IMG/VR virus record: IMGVR_UViG_3300033565_000004
Span: 1-57,515 of that record
DNA from: a virus
Lineage: Duplodnaviria; Caudoviricetes
Length of the DNA stretch: 57,515 nucleotides
Strand: one strand, 5' to 3'
Below are positions 37,145 to 46,815 of the stretch, one piece after another (the stretch's first letter is position 1; each line of letters starts with the position of its first letter). The translations under genes were made by a program, and so were the position numbers. The notes below the pieces were generated by a model, which saw nothing but the letters and a program-made list of their open reading frames with translations, was not told the DNA's origin and did not search any database.

Positions 37145-37236
37145 TCTTCAACACCTCCGGGTTAATTGTCGGGCGCCAGCCGAGTGACTAGCGCCCTTCT
37201 ACTTAATAATAGGCGCGAGTTTGGAATGTCGCGCAG

Positions 37237-37644
37237 TTATCGCTTAAATAATTCCGATTTCATTCCGTGCATAAATTCGATATTGCGTTCGTTCTTATAC
37301 GGATTGGCGTAAACAACCCGCTTAATACCCGCCTGATTCAGTAGCTTCGTACAATTTTCGCAAGGCTCATGCGTAACATAGGCTGTTGATCCTTCCGTTG
37401 AAGCGAGCGCCAGTAGAACCGCGTTCTGTTCCGCATGAATGGTCCGTATGCAACGCCCCTCATCGTTTAGCAGACAACCAGCGTCCGTACAGTGTTCGTG
37501 CCCACGAATCGAACCGTTGTAGCCCGTCGATATAATGCGGTTATCTTTTACGAGGACGCAGCCGACGCGTAGTTTATTACACGTCGACCTTTCCGCCACC
37601 ATAAACGCGATGTCCATAAAATATTCGTCCCAGGACTTCCGCAT
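37237..37644 (-). CDS. dCMP deaminase (ComEB-like)
   Basis: WDEYFM, RSTC, TGYNG, HAEQNA and PC..C. Confidence 0.92.
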   Translation of the reverse strand: MRKSWDEYFMDIAFMVAERSTCNKLRVGCVLVKDNRIISTGYNGSIRGHEHCTDAGCLLNDEGRCIRTIHAEQNAVLLALASTEGSTAYVTHEPCENCTKLLNQAGIKRVVYANPYKNERNIEFMHGMKSELFKR

Positions 37645-37645
37645 T

Positions 37646-40144
37646 CTACAGACCGCATTTCAACTGAGCGCCGCAATTACTGCACGTATTACATCCGCCC
37701 GCATCGATGATTTCACCTTTTCGGCAGACGGGGCATGTTTCGCCCACCTCGTTACCGTAAGTTACATCCGTCGAACGAACTTCATTAATCGTATCGACAA
37801 GCACGACTTTCGGTGCGACTACTTCCGTTTCTTCAAACGTATTCTCTTCGGCAGTTAACGAAAGAACCTGAGCATCACGAGAGCCATCTACGTAAACAGT
37901 TCCGCCCTTTGCTCCGCCTTTATAAAGTCGTTCATAAACCGCTTCAACTTGCTTAACCGAATAGCCTTTAGGAGCGTTTACCGTTTTACTTAGCGATGAA
38001 TCAATCCAGCGCTGAATAATACACTGAACATCGACGTGCTGTTCTGGCAATAATTGCATCGAGCTGACGAACCATTTCGGCAAGTTATTCGGGTCAGTCT
38101 CCGGATTGGCGTCGAGATATTCCTGCACGATGTCCGCAACAACTTCCATAAATTTACCGAGACGACCGCTGCGGTAGTATTTAAAGGAGAAGTACGGCTC
38201 AAGTCCGGTCGAGCATCCGACCATCGAACCGGTGCTGCCAGTAGGAGCGACCGTTAAGATATGCGAGTTACGAATTCCGTATTTAAGGACGCCTTGGCGA
38301 ATATCTTCCGGCATTTTAAGCATGTATCCGGAATTAACAAAAAGCTCGCGTCCATTTTCCAAGTTATTAAGGAATGGGAATGCTCCTTTTTCTTTCGCTA
38401 ATTCAATTGAAGCGCGATAACCAGTCGTCGCCATTACTTCGAATACCTTGTCGACGATTTCATTACCTTTAGGACTTCCATACTCAGCTTCGCAATAGAT
38501 TAATAGATCATGCAAGCCCATAACACCCATGCCGAGACGACGTTCGCCAAGCGCTTGCTTTGTATTCTCTTCCATAAAATAAGGCGTCGCGTTGATTACG
38601 TTATCCATAAAGCGCGTGCCAATTTCAACGGTGCGCTTCAGACGGTCGTAATCGACTTCCTTCGTTTCCTTGTTGGCCATGTTGGCGAGGTTTACTGCCG
38701 CCAAGTTACAAACGGAAAACGGTGCTAAGGGCTGCTCTCCACATGGATTTGTAGCGACGACTTTCTGTCCGTAAGCCGAGGCGTTCGTCATTTCGTTTGC
38801 ATTATCAATAAAGAAGATACCTGGCTCGGCGCTATAAGTTGCGCAAATATTAATCAGATTCCATAACTCTTTCGCTTTGATCGTGCGATACGTTTTAATT
38901 CCGAAGCCTAACTTTTCCCACTCGCGAACATCTCCGTGGTGATGCCATGAATCGTTGTAGAGCGCCTTATCATATTCGCTGTAGTTTTCGATGTCAGGGA
39001 AGCGTAACTCGTAGTCGGTATCATTTTCGACTGCTTCCATGAATTCTTTCGTGATTGCAACGGATATGTTCGCGCCAGTTAAGAATTCAGCGTTATTAAT
39101 TGAATAAGTGCCTCCGTCAGATAACTTTTGCTGTGCTTGCTTTCTTGCTGAACCGTCCGGCAAGTAAATCGCTGCTGTTTCATACAAAGCTTTTTCGTCA
39201 GGCGTTAACGGCGTAAACTTTAGTTTTGATTGCGCTAATCTACGAATCTCGTCATCTTCCGAATTTTCGATTAAGAATCTCAGTATCTTCGGATTTTGCA
39301 TTTTCGAGATAATAAAGTCGATAATATCCGGATGCCAATCGGCAAGCATAATCATCTGAGCGCCCCTGCGACTACCTCCTTGCTCGACTAAGTGTGTTAA
39401 TTTCGCAATATCATCTAGCCATGAGACTGAGCCGGACGACTTTCCGTTAACACCCTTAGCAATTGCGTTCTTTGGACGCAACGTTGAACCGTTCGTCCCT
39501 ACCCCACCGCCTCGAGACATAATTTCCATTACTTTATTACGATGCTCGCCAATTCCCTCGCGACTGTCGGCCGGATAAGGCATAACGTAGCAGTTAAAGT
39601 AGGTGACGTCGGTTTCCGAGCCAGCTCCGTAAATAACACGACCGCCTGGAACGAAATCAAGCGAAACTAGAATATCGTAGAAATCACGGAAAGCCTGCTC
39701 GCGTTTCATAACATCCGTTTCAACTGACGCCAGTCCTCGCGCGTTCCTTTTCGCAATCTGCTCGTAATAGATTTCGAGCGGCTTGTCGATAATATCTAAC
39801 GGACGGGTTACGGTGCCGGTCGCAATTTCCTCCGCATCTTCAAGAACTCCGACAAATGACTCGTCTAGTTTTACGCTGACCTTTCGCTCGGTCCAGTCGA
39901 TATCAGTAACATGACCGTAGCCACGCGCCGGAAACTTCGGATCAGTTTTAACAGTCAGCACTACGAAGTCGCCGACTTTTAACGTCTTCTTTTCGGTATC
40001 TTTAAACGTGTAACGGTCGAGCATAATTAGTCTCGATACGCCACTGAACGCTTTCTCCATGTCATCTGTTACCGGAAATACTTGTCTAAATTGCGTAATA
40101 TCCTCGTTTAATTTCGCTTTTAATTCGTTAGTGTATACAGTCAT
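37646..40144 (-). CDS. nrdJ: Class II (adenosylcobalamin-dependent) ribonucleotide reductase
   Basis: FNCYV, SRRGAQM, TNPCGEQPL, CNL, APTG and C-terminal CxxC..CxxC..CGL; no beta subunit nearby. Confidence 0.93.
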   Translation of the reverse strand: MTVYTNELKAKLNEDITQFRQVFPVTDDMEKAFSGVSRLIMLDRYTFKDTEKKTLKVGDFVVLTVKTDPKFPARGYGHVTDIDWTERKVSVKLDESFVGVLEDAEEIATGTVTRPLDIIDKPLEIYYEQIAKRNARGLASVETDVMKREQAFRDFYDILVSLDFVPGGRVIYGAGSETDVTYFNCYVMPYPADSREGIGEHRNKVMEIMSRGGGVGTNGSTLRPKNAIAKGVNGKSSGSVSWLDDIAKLTHLVEQGGSRRGAQMIMLADWHPDIIDFIISKMQNPKILRFLIENSEDDEIRRLAQSKLKFTPLTPDEKALYETAAIYLPDGSARKQAQQKLSDGGTYSINNAEFLTGANISVAITKEFMEAVENDTDYELRFPDIENYSEYDKALYNDSWHHHGDVREWEKLGFGIKTYRTIKAKELWNLINICATYSAEPGIFFIDNANEMTNASAYGQKVVATNPCGEQPLAPFSVCNLAAVNLANMANKETKEVDYDRLKRTVEIGTRFMDNVINATPYFMEENTKQALGERRLGMGVMGLHDLLIYCEAEYGSPKGNEIVDKVFEVMATTGYRASIELAKEKGAFPFLNNLENGRELFVNSGYMLKMPEDIRQGVLKYGIRNSHILTVAPTGSTGSMVGCSTGLEPYFSFKYYRSGRLGKFMEVVADIVQEYLDANPETDPNNLPKWFVSSMQLLPEQHVDVQCIIQRWIDSSLSKTVNAPKGYSVKQVEAVYERLYKGGAKGGTVYVDGSRDAQVLSLTAEENTFEETEVVAPKVVLVDTINEVRSTDVTYGNEVGETCPVCRKGEIIDAGGCNTCSNCGAQLKCGL

Positions 40145-40348
40145 TCAATCCGCTCCCTTAATCTGTCTAATTTCGTTGGAAATAGCGTCCAACTCCGCTT
40201 CAATTCCGTAAATCCCCGCTGACACTTTGCGATATTCAATCATTTTCTCGCCATAAGCCTCCGCCAGCCGGACCATTTCGTGCTCAATTTCGATGCGATC
40301 ACGTTGGAGGTCAGCGAGAAGTTTACGATACGTTTCTTCGGTGGTCAT
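40145..40348 (-). CDS. Hypothetical coiled-coil protein
   Basis: Coupled to neighbours. Confidence 0.6.
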   Translation of the reverse strand: MTTEETYRKLLADLQRDRIEIEHEMVRLAEAYGEKMIEYRKVSAGIYGIEAELDAISNEIRQIKGAD

Positions 40349-40671
40349 TGCAATTTCGCTTCGTCAAATGCTTCGTAAGTTATAAAGACTGAACATGCGT
40401 GCATCTTTCCGTTACGGAAGTATTTCTTCCATAAATCTCCGGCTTCTTCACCTTCGCCACTTAGAACGAAAGTGACGTCCGGATACTTTTTCGAAAATGA
40501 TCGCATTTCCTTTTCGTGGTCGTACCATTTACAAGAATCACAAGGTTCGCCACCTTCGTCGAAAATATATTCTAAGTTATACTCGTCTTGGACGAATTCT
40601 TCCGCCAGAATATCTTGTATTCTACGCTCCCCTTCGTGAATTTTAAGTGTATAATTAGTGTAATAACCCAT
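40345..40671 (-). CDS. Hypothetical phage protein
   Basis: MGYYT..., KWY, SKKYP...F.L.GEGE..DLW. Confidence 0.7.
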   Translation of the reverse strand: MGYYTNYTLKIHEGERRIQDILAEEFVQDEYNLEYIFDEGGEPCDSCKWYDHEKEMRSFSKKYPDVTFVLSGEGEEAGDLWKKYFRNGKMHACSVFITYEAFDEAKLQ

Positions 40672-41219
40672 TATTTCCCCTCCGTTTTTATTAATCCTTC
40701 GCGAATCAGATACGCAAGCCCAATGGCGGCAGCATCACTTTCATCAAACGTAGCAAATTCGCCAGTATAGCCGGTCCATCTACGGACTGCCTCTTCAACT
40801 TCGGTCTTCTCTGCCTTACCTTTTCCGACGACCAGCAGTTTCACTTTCGACTGCGGAATTCCCAGCAAAGTCTTTTTGCGACCGCTTTTGCCGGTTTCTT
40901 CCCACTTAGTAAACGTCAGCCTAAACTTGTCACAGCCGCGCTCAACGCCTGACCATGCGGCAAATACCGGATAGTTTTGCGTTGAGCTTTGCCCGTGAAA
41001 ATCTTCGCGAATTACTACGTCGAATCCGTTCTTACCAATATGCCCAGCAACAAACAGCGTCGCCCAACTTTCCACTATGTCGGCGCGTAAGCCGTGCGAT
41101 TGCGTTTTCGAGTCGGTCTTAACGTGCGACAGCGCTGTGATTCGTGGCTTGCCGTTTTTCACCTCGATAATGGCTGCGCCTGGTAAGGATAGCGAAGTGT
41201 CCCAACTAAGCACCCGCAT
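40671..41219 (-). CDS. RuvC-like Holliday junction resolvase
   Basis: LSWDTS, IRED, K....GKGKA.K and DESDAAAI. Confidence 0.85.
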   Translation of the reverse strand: MRVLSWDTSLSLPGAAIIEVKNGKPRITALSHVKTDSKTQSHGLRADIVESWATLFVAGHIGKNGFDVVIREDFHGQSSTQNYPVFAAWSGVERGCDKFRLTFTKWEETGKSGRKKTLLGIPQSKVKLLVVGKGKAEKTEVEEAVRRWTGYTGEFATFDESDAAAIGLAYLIREGLIKTEGK

Positions 41220-42216
41220 TTTCACGAACCTCACGGATAAATTCGAACGCCTCATAGCACGAGTCTTTTTTCCATTGAGGCAAGCCGCTGCGCATTAAAC
41301 GCTTCGTTTGCGCCTTCAGCAATTCGAACTCATCTTCGTCAAGACTCAACGCACAACTACGTTTAAAGTTATTGAATCGGAACGTCTCAAGGTCGAGCGC
41401 TGGCGCCGTTCCATCCGCAACACACTTCGTCACATACGCAAACTTGTCAAGGATTTCCGACTTCATTTCGTCGGTGATATCAACGCCAAACACTCGGAAG
41501 TCAGGCGCCTTTTCGTGTTCCTCATCCGTCATAAACCACGCCTTGATGGAGCAGTTCACGTAAACGATAAGATAACCGTCCAGTGGTCCGTACATTAAAT
41601 CGTAGCAAGTCACCTGTTTGACGTGATCCTCTTTCGGACCTTTCATACGCATGAAGCCCGTTTCGCTATACGACGTCTGCTTCGATTTAATTTCGAGGCC
41701 AATGCGTTTGATTTCGCCTGTTTCTTCGTCAACGCACTCAAGAAGGCCGTCACTTGTACCGAATAAGCTAAATCGCTGACCGTTATGTTCGAAGAATCGC
41801 TGCGTCTTTATGAAGTCCTCGAAGAATGGATTGCCTTCATCGGTTCGTGCGATTTTAAACGGGACCTTATCGCCGGTAAACTTTTCATAATGACGCTCAG
41901 CCAACAATATTTCACGCTGCAACCAATCCCCGACAGCCGTTCCCCGTGCCGTATATCGGCGTTGCCACGGCTTAACGACGTCCTCATCGCGAGCCATCTT
42001 AATCGCTTTGACGTATAATTCCCGGTCAGATGAACCGGCCGAGCTTGGCGAGAAATAAGGTGCCGACTTAAAATCGGTCGGCTTGTATTTCCGCATTTCC
42101 TTCGCATAAGCCTCATGTAACGCTATGTCGAGCTTCGTATCGAATGGCTCTCGGTATGAGTGCCACGTATTTAAGAAGTCCGTAAATTCCTGCGCGATTT
42201 CGTTAATGTTCGTCAT
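41206..42216 (-). CDS. PD-(D/E)XK (Cas4/lambda-exo-like) exonuclease
   Basis: FSPSS, GT, G.SDG, LEIKS and Q...Y. Confidence 0.8.
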   Translation of the reverse strand: MTNINEIAQEFTDFLNTWHSYREPFDTKLDIALHEAYAKEMRKYKPTDFKSAPYFSPSSAGSSDRELYVKAIKMARDEDVVKPWQRRYTARGTAVGDWLQREILLAERHYEKFTGDKVPFKIARTDEGNPFFEDFIKTQRFFEHNGQRFSLFGTSDGLLECVDEETGEIKRIGLEIKSKQTSYSETGFMRMKGPKEDHVKQVTCYDLMYGPLDGYLIVYVNCSIKAWFMTDEEHEKAPDFRVFGVDITDEMKSEILDKFAYVTKCVADGTAPALDLETFRFNNFKRSCALSLDEDEFELLKAQTKRLMRSGLPQWKKDSCYEAFEFIREVRENAGA

Positions 42217-42407
42217 TATTCGTCCCCCTCGTCTTTTCCGTTAATCAAGTAAATCTCCGGAGCCTCTGGCGATAATAAAACCTTCGCCACGAACGCCAGC
42301 AGAGTAATCGCTGCGGACTGTATCAGCGTTAACTCCACGCCGGGCAAGGCGACCGGAACTGTGAAGAACACAATCGCCAGGACTAGCGCAAAGTTGACGG
42401 CTATCAT
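42216..42407 (-). CDS. Small membrane protein
   Basis: Two hydrophobic segments; coupled overlaps. Confidence 0.6.
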   Translation of the reverse strand: MIAVNFALVLAIVFFTVPVALPGVELTLIQSAAITLLAFVAKVLLSPEAPEIYLINGKDEGDE

Positions 42408-42553
42408 TCGGATGCCTTCGGCTTACATGCGTATTCAATTTCGACTATATCTTCGTAAGTACGTATTGCGTCGTCGACAATACTTCCGGTTAGTAACTTT
42501 TCGTCTACTCTGTCTAAAACACGTACAACCATCGTAATTTCGAACTGTTTCAT
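42404..42553 (-). CDS. Hypothetical 49-aa protein (not in track)
   Basis: MKQFEITMVVRVLD...; start and stop both overlap neighbouring genes. Confidence 0.55.
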   Translation of the reverse strand: MKQFEITMVVRVLDRVDEKLLTGSIVDDAIRTYEDIVEIEYACKPKASE

Positions 42554-42828
42554 CAGCGCACCACCTTTGCGTGCTTGATTGCGTCAATGATTTCCTCGGT
42601 CGGACGCAGGCCGTTTAAGCGGTGGACTTCGACTCCTGAGCGTTCAAAGACGAGTACAGGCACGCCAGTCAGTCCGTATTGATCGATGACTTCCGGCTGC
42701 TCGGTGATGTCGACGTTGACTAGCGTTGCGCCTGCTTTGAATAGGTCGAGGTCTCCGATGTAGTTCGCTAGTACTTTACAAGGGACGCACCCCGGTTTGC
42801 TGAATTTCTTAATTGTAATAATCGCCAT
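42553..42828 (-). CDS. Thioredoxin/glutaredoxin-like protein
   Basis: CVPC active site; GVP cis-Pro loop. Confidence 0.88.
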   Translation of the reverse strand: MAIITIKKFSKPGCVPCKVLANYIGDLDLFKAGATLVNVDITEQPEVIDQYGLTGVPVLVFERSGVEVHRLNGLRPTEEIIDAIKHAKVVR

Positions 42829-45026
42829 TATTTCGTTTCCCCTTTCGTATTGAACCATTCATTAACGCTGACACCTTCGCCCCACCTAACCATGACCTCG
42901 ATATCGGTACCGTTAGGCACAACGTCTCCCCAACGGTATGAATTAATCATAATATTGCGGATGTCTTGCGCTTCGGCTGAGGTAAAATCCTCCGGTACTT
43001 CGAAAATCAATTCGTCGTGAACGGTCGACCAAAGCGACCATCCTGGCTTATTTGCGCAATACTCATGTGCTCGAAGCATCGTTACTTTCGTTTGAATGGA
43101 CGATGACCCTTGAACGCGGGCATTTGTCGCTTGTCTGAGGGCGCGGTTCTTTTTACTAAAGTTCGGATCGCCCCAACCTTTTAACTTTAGTTTCGCGTCA
43201 GATAGTCGGCGCTTGCGTGCTTCTTTGTCTGTCCATACGAAGCCGTTCTTTTCAACGAATTTCTTGTTGCTTTCAATCCACGCATTAAGTTTCGGCATAC
43301 TCTCGAACAAGTCTGACTGAAACTGTACTGCCTCCTTAACGGCTACACCCAGCATTTCGGCAAGCGAATATTTGCTCATTCCGTAGATTGTCGCAAGCCA
43401 AACAACTTTCATTTGCTTACGTTCTTTCGTATCGCTGCCGTCTGCATTTTTATTTACTTCTTCGTATGGGCGCTTATAGAAGTTCGACGCCATCATAGCG
43501 TACGGATCTAGTTCCTCTGAGAATGCAGTTATTAAGACTTCCTCTCCGGAGAGATATGCAACGGAACGGATTTCTTGCGCTTTAAAGTCGGCACCTACTA
43601 GGACTTTTCCGTGTGGTGCTACGAACATTGGGCGTGCTTCCTGCGGCTGATTCTGCACGTTAAATCCTTGATTCGTTTTATCCTCTTCGTCCTTACCGGA
43701 ACTAAATCGCCCTGTAACGGTGCCCATCGGATTAAACCGTGAATGCCATCGCTTCGTAGTCGGATTCTGTTTAAGAGGCAAAGCGTCTATATATGTTCCG
43801 CTCAGTTTCGTAATTTTCTTGTATTCTAGTAATTTCGCAATAACGTCATGTTCGCTCTTCAGAGGTTTTAACGTCTTTTTCGCGTCCATATTCGGAAGTT
43901 TCGTTCCGATTGCTTTCGATAAAGCGGGCAGCATTTGTTGTTGCGAATTTAAGTTCAACAGTTCGATTCCTTCGTGAAACGGTGTTAGTGTGGCGATTAA
44001 TTCCGCACTCAATTCTTCCGCACGCTTCCGAAGTTGCTCACCGTATTCTTTCGCGAAATCTAAATCGAGTACATAACCGTTGGCCTCCAAATCTACAATT
44101 ACGTAAAGCAACGGCACCTCGACTGTCCGATAATACTCCAGAACGGTGGGCATTTTCGCCATATGATTGCGCTGAAATTCATACAATCGCCAGGTTAATT
44201 CGGTATCCTTCGCAGCATAAACTAACGCAATATCCATCGGTACCGAATTAAACTGCGCGTCCTTTCCAAACAGTTCCGAGAAAGTATCGGACTCAACTCC
44301 GAGGTATTTCGGCGCCAAGTCCTTCAGCTTATATGTCGGCTCGTTTTCGTTCAGCAAGTGCATGGCGATCATCGTATCCCAAACAACGCCTTTAAGGTCG
44401 GAGCCGTGTCGCCTAAACATCGCAATATCGAATATCGCATTATGAAGAACCTTTCCGATTGACTCGTTACATAATACCGGTTCTAATTTCGCAAGCACAT
44501 AATCTCGCCCCAACTGCTCACAATCTTCGTGAGCTACCGGAATATAAACGTGTTTGTCAGCCTCCGGTAAGGTGAAGGACATACCAACGATGACATCCGT
44601 GTAAACATCAACGCCAGTGGTCTCTGTATCCACCGCGATTATTGATTCGCACCACAATTCTCGCAATAACGTATCGAGTTGCCGCTCGCTCGTTATTAAC
44701 TCGTAATTGCTCGGCGTTTTCTTAACCAAGTCCGCCAACTTTTGCTCGCGCTGACTTTCCGCCAGTTGCTTATATAACCGCAAAGCCTCCGCCTTGCTGA
44801 ACCTTTTCGAAATGGACGCGAGGTCTCTGCCTATCAGCCCCGCAGCCATTCCGTTCTTTACTTCGATAAGCCTTCGTTGATCCGGCTCGCTATTATTCAT
44901 CGATAAAATCCGCACCCACGCTTCTTCCACCGTCTCAGTCGCCGCCACTTTCTTCTTAACCGCATCAGCCACACGCTCAGCCGCGCCATCATCTTGCCGG
45001 ATATTTAACGTAAGTTTAGGCGTCAT
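42828..45026 (-). CDS. polA: Family A DNA polymerase with 3'-5' exonuclease
   Basis: DTETTG, HNA.FD, YAAKD, TGRFSS, ADFKAQE.R, R...K......YG, N..VQG and VHDE. Confidence 0.95.
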   Translation of the reverse strand: MTPKLTLNIRQDDGAAERVADAVKKKVAATETVEEAWVRILSMNNSEPDQRRLIEVKNGMAAGLIGRDLASISKRFSKAEALRLYKQLAESQREQKLADLVKKTPSNYELITSERQLDTLLRELWCESIIAVDTETTGVDVYTDVIVGMSFTLPEADKHVYIPVAHEDCEQLGRDYVLAKLEPVLCNESIGKVLHNAIFDIAMFRRHGSDLKGVVWDTMIAMHLLNENEPTYKLKDLAPKYLGVESDTFSELFGKDAQFNSVPMDIALVYAAKDTELTWRLYEFQRNHMAKMPTVLEYYRTVEVPLLYVIVDLEANGYVLDLDFAKEYGEQLRKRAEELSAELIATLTPFHEGIELLNLNSQQQMLPALSKAIGTKLPNMDAKKTLKPLKSEHDVIAKLLEYKKITKLSGTYIDALPLKQNPTTKRWHSRFNPMGTVTGRFSSGKDEEDKTNQGFNVQNQPQEARPMFVAPHGKVLVGADFKAQEIRSVAYLSGEEVLITAFSEELDPYAMMASNFYKRPYEEVNKNADGSDTKERKQMKVVWLATIYGMSKYSLAEMLGVAVKEAVQFQSDLFESMPKLNAWIESNKKFVEKNGFVWTDKEARKRRLSDAKLKLKGWGDPNFSKKNRALRQATNARVQGSSSIQTKVTMLRAHEYCANKPGWSLWSTVHDELIFEVPEDFTSAEAQDIRNIMINSYRWGDVVPNGTDIEVMVRWGEGVSVNEWFNTKGETK

Positions 45027-45222
45027 TACTAATCACTTCCGTCACCAAGTCGCCAGCCTCGCGCCTTTTCCCAACGTAGCATTCATCGTCGCAGAACCAT
45101 TCGTTTTCCGAGCGGTCGTGGACGTAGTCGCAGTTGGCGTATAGCTCAACGTCACAATGGGCACATTTTCCGACGACATCGGGCTCTGGCGGAGTTGTTT
45201 TCCAGCGGTCGTAATCGCTCAT
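45016..45222 (-). CDS. Small Cys-rich hypothetical protein
   Basis: YDRWKT.PP, CAHC...C...C. Confidence 0.65.
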   Translation of the reverse strand: MSDYDRWKTTPPEPDVVGKCAHCDVELYANCDYVHDRSENEWFCDDECYVGKRREAGDLVTEVISNDA

Positions 45223-45223
45223 A

Positions 45224-45619
45224 CTAAATCGCCCCTTTCAGAGTGTCGATTCCGATTTCCAACTTCGTCCATTTTTCGTTAAGTGCGTGCGCTGGACACC
45301 AGTACTCTCCAATTCCGCGATTCTCGAACATATAAACATCTCCGTCTAATATGCCGATGAAATAGTCCGCCTCGTCGAGCGAATAGTTTTCGCCGTTCCT
45401 TTTGCGGGCATAAACGACAACCTCTCCGTTACGATCATCTCTTGCACGAGCACTTTTGATTTGTACACGGTAGAACTCGCGGCCCATTCCGGGACGAGTA
45501 ATACCGATGTCAAATACTTCCGGAGTGACAGATTCCATAACCGTCCATCCGTTAGCGAGTAACGCGGTTTGTGCGAGGAGTTCGGAATGGCGTCCTTTCG
45601 TAGTTGTGATATGCGCCAT
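45224..45619 (-). CDS. PD-(D/E)XK endonuclease
   Basis: G..SE, FD and VQIKS. Confidence 0.75.
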   Translation of the reverse strand: MAHITTTKGRHSELLAQTALLANGWTVMESVTPEVFDIGITRPGMGREFYRVQIKSARARDDRNGEVVVYARKRNGENYSLDEADYFIGILDGDVYMFENRGIGEYWCPAHALNEKWTKLEIGIDTLKGAI

Positions 45620-45840
45620 TACTTCTCCTCCCTGCCTAATCTTATTTTAATTCCGCCAAATATAATATTGCTTATCGTTCCGACTACAAATATTCCGATT
45701 AAAGCACGCCAAAATCCGAGATGATATCCGAATACAAATTCGATTCCTGCCGATAATCCCCAAGCAATCAAAGAGTAGATTCCGAAGATGAATGCTCCTA
45801 CCATAACTAGGCCGAGAATACCACCGATTACTTTTCCCAT
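45619..45840 (-). CDS. Small membrane protein
   Basis: Two TM segments; GGAGG RBS. Confidence 0.65.
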   Translation of the reverse strand: MGKVIGGILGLVMVGAFIFGIYSLIAWGLSAGIEFVFGYHLGFWRALIGIFVVGTISNIIFGGIKIRLGREEK

Positions 45841-45854
45841 AAGTTATCGCCTCC

Positions 45855-46658
45855 TTAAAACTCAAATTTGTCTTCTTTTAAACCGCCAAGTCCGTCAGCA
45901 CTTGCGCCAATGCTCAAGCCGATGAGTGTAATATCGAATCCGGCCGCAACTAAGTTTTCGATTTGCTGCTTTTCGTCAGCTTCGAATAGTAGTCCTTCGA
46001 ATTTCTTCAAGTCGAATTCTTTGCCGATAAACTTATCGAAGTTCGCACGTTCTTTTACCGAAATCTCTTCTTCGTCGTCCATATCAAGAACCGGCGATAA
46101 AGAAATCACTGTTTTAGTACCGGAGCCTTGCTTCGAAATTTCAAAGGCCGTCTTATCCTTTTTCGCATCGTATTTTACTAACGCTGGCTTGATAACCTCC
46201 GTAAATTGCTTTGTGGTAAAATCCAGTACGATTTCTTTGCCGACTTCTAAATCGATAAAGCCGATTGCATAACGGGCTTTACCTGCGTATTTGTAGCCTT
46301 CGCCACTCAAGTCCTTATACGGCTTAGTTTCGCGAATTTCTTTCGCTTCGTCGTCCGACTTGTCTTTCGTTAATGCAAACGCTTGGTCATAATAGTGCTT
46401 CGATGCCAAATCCCAAGGCGTGTGATTTCCGGAAACAAACCCTTTTGCGTCACGATCGGACGGCTTTTCGGCGATAAACGTGTTAACTCGCTTATATACG
46501 CCATAACCGTAGTAACGCATGACACTCGTTAAACCCGTCAATTTTACCTTTAGCGTTGTGCCAGCCGGTAACTTTGCGAAGTCGTTATTCGCCTTTCCTC
46601 CGCCACCTGCAGCGTTTGATTCTTCGATTGCGTCCATTCCGAACTTAAATTGACTCAT
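45855..46658 (-). CDS. Single-stranded DNA-binding protein-like (gp32-type) replication protein
   Basis: Acidic/aromatic C-terminus EDKFEF, K.GSG.KT...SP; upstream of PolA; start MSQFKF after GGAGG. Confidence 0.65.
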   Translation of the reverse strand: MSQFKFGMDAIEESNAAGGGGKANNDFAKLPAGTTLKVKLTGLTSVMRYYGYGVYKRVNTFIAEKPSDRDAKGFVSGNHTPWDLASKHYYDQAFALTKDKSDDEAKEIRETKPYKDLSGEGYKYAGKARYAIGFIDLEVGKEIVLDFTTKQFTEVIKPALVKYDAKKDKTAFEISKQGSGTKTVISLSPVLDMDDEEEISVKERANFDKFIGKEFDLKKFEGLLFEADEKQQIENLVAAGFDITLIGLSIGASADGLGGLKEDKFEF

Positions 46659-46694
46659 TTTACCTACCTCCGATTTAGTTTCGAACGTGGGAAT

Positions 46695-46813
46695 TTCCCG
46701 CGCCCGTCGCAAAGCACGAATATCTATAACCGATACTAGAACGGAGCTTCGTCGGCGTCCTAGCGACAACTTTACCTAACGATTATCTTCGTACTCTCCG
46801 ATGGGCGGGCGAA
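46695..46813 (-). ncRNA. Structured RNA leader (long nested hairpin) upstream of the SSB-like gene
   Basis: 20-nt arms 46701-46720 and 46788-46807 pair 18/20 on the minus strand using G-U; inner stem CUAGGACG/CGUUCUAG. Confidence 0.55.
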
Positions 46814-46815
46814 AA

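Noticed and set aside
41206-42216. CRISPR-associated Cas4 / CRISPR array
   Set aside because: No repeat-spacer array or other cas genes seen; the context is recombination/replication.
37646-45026. Inteins or group I introns in nrdJ and polA
   Set aside because: Both ORFs are continuous with normal length and no splice motifs (C...HN-C/S/T) at the usual sites.
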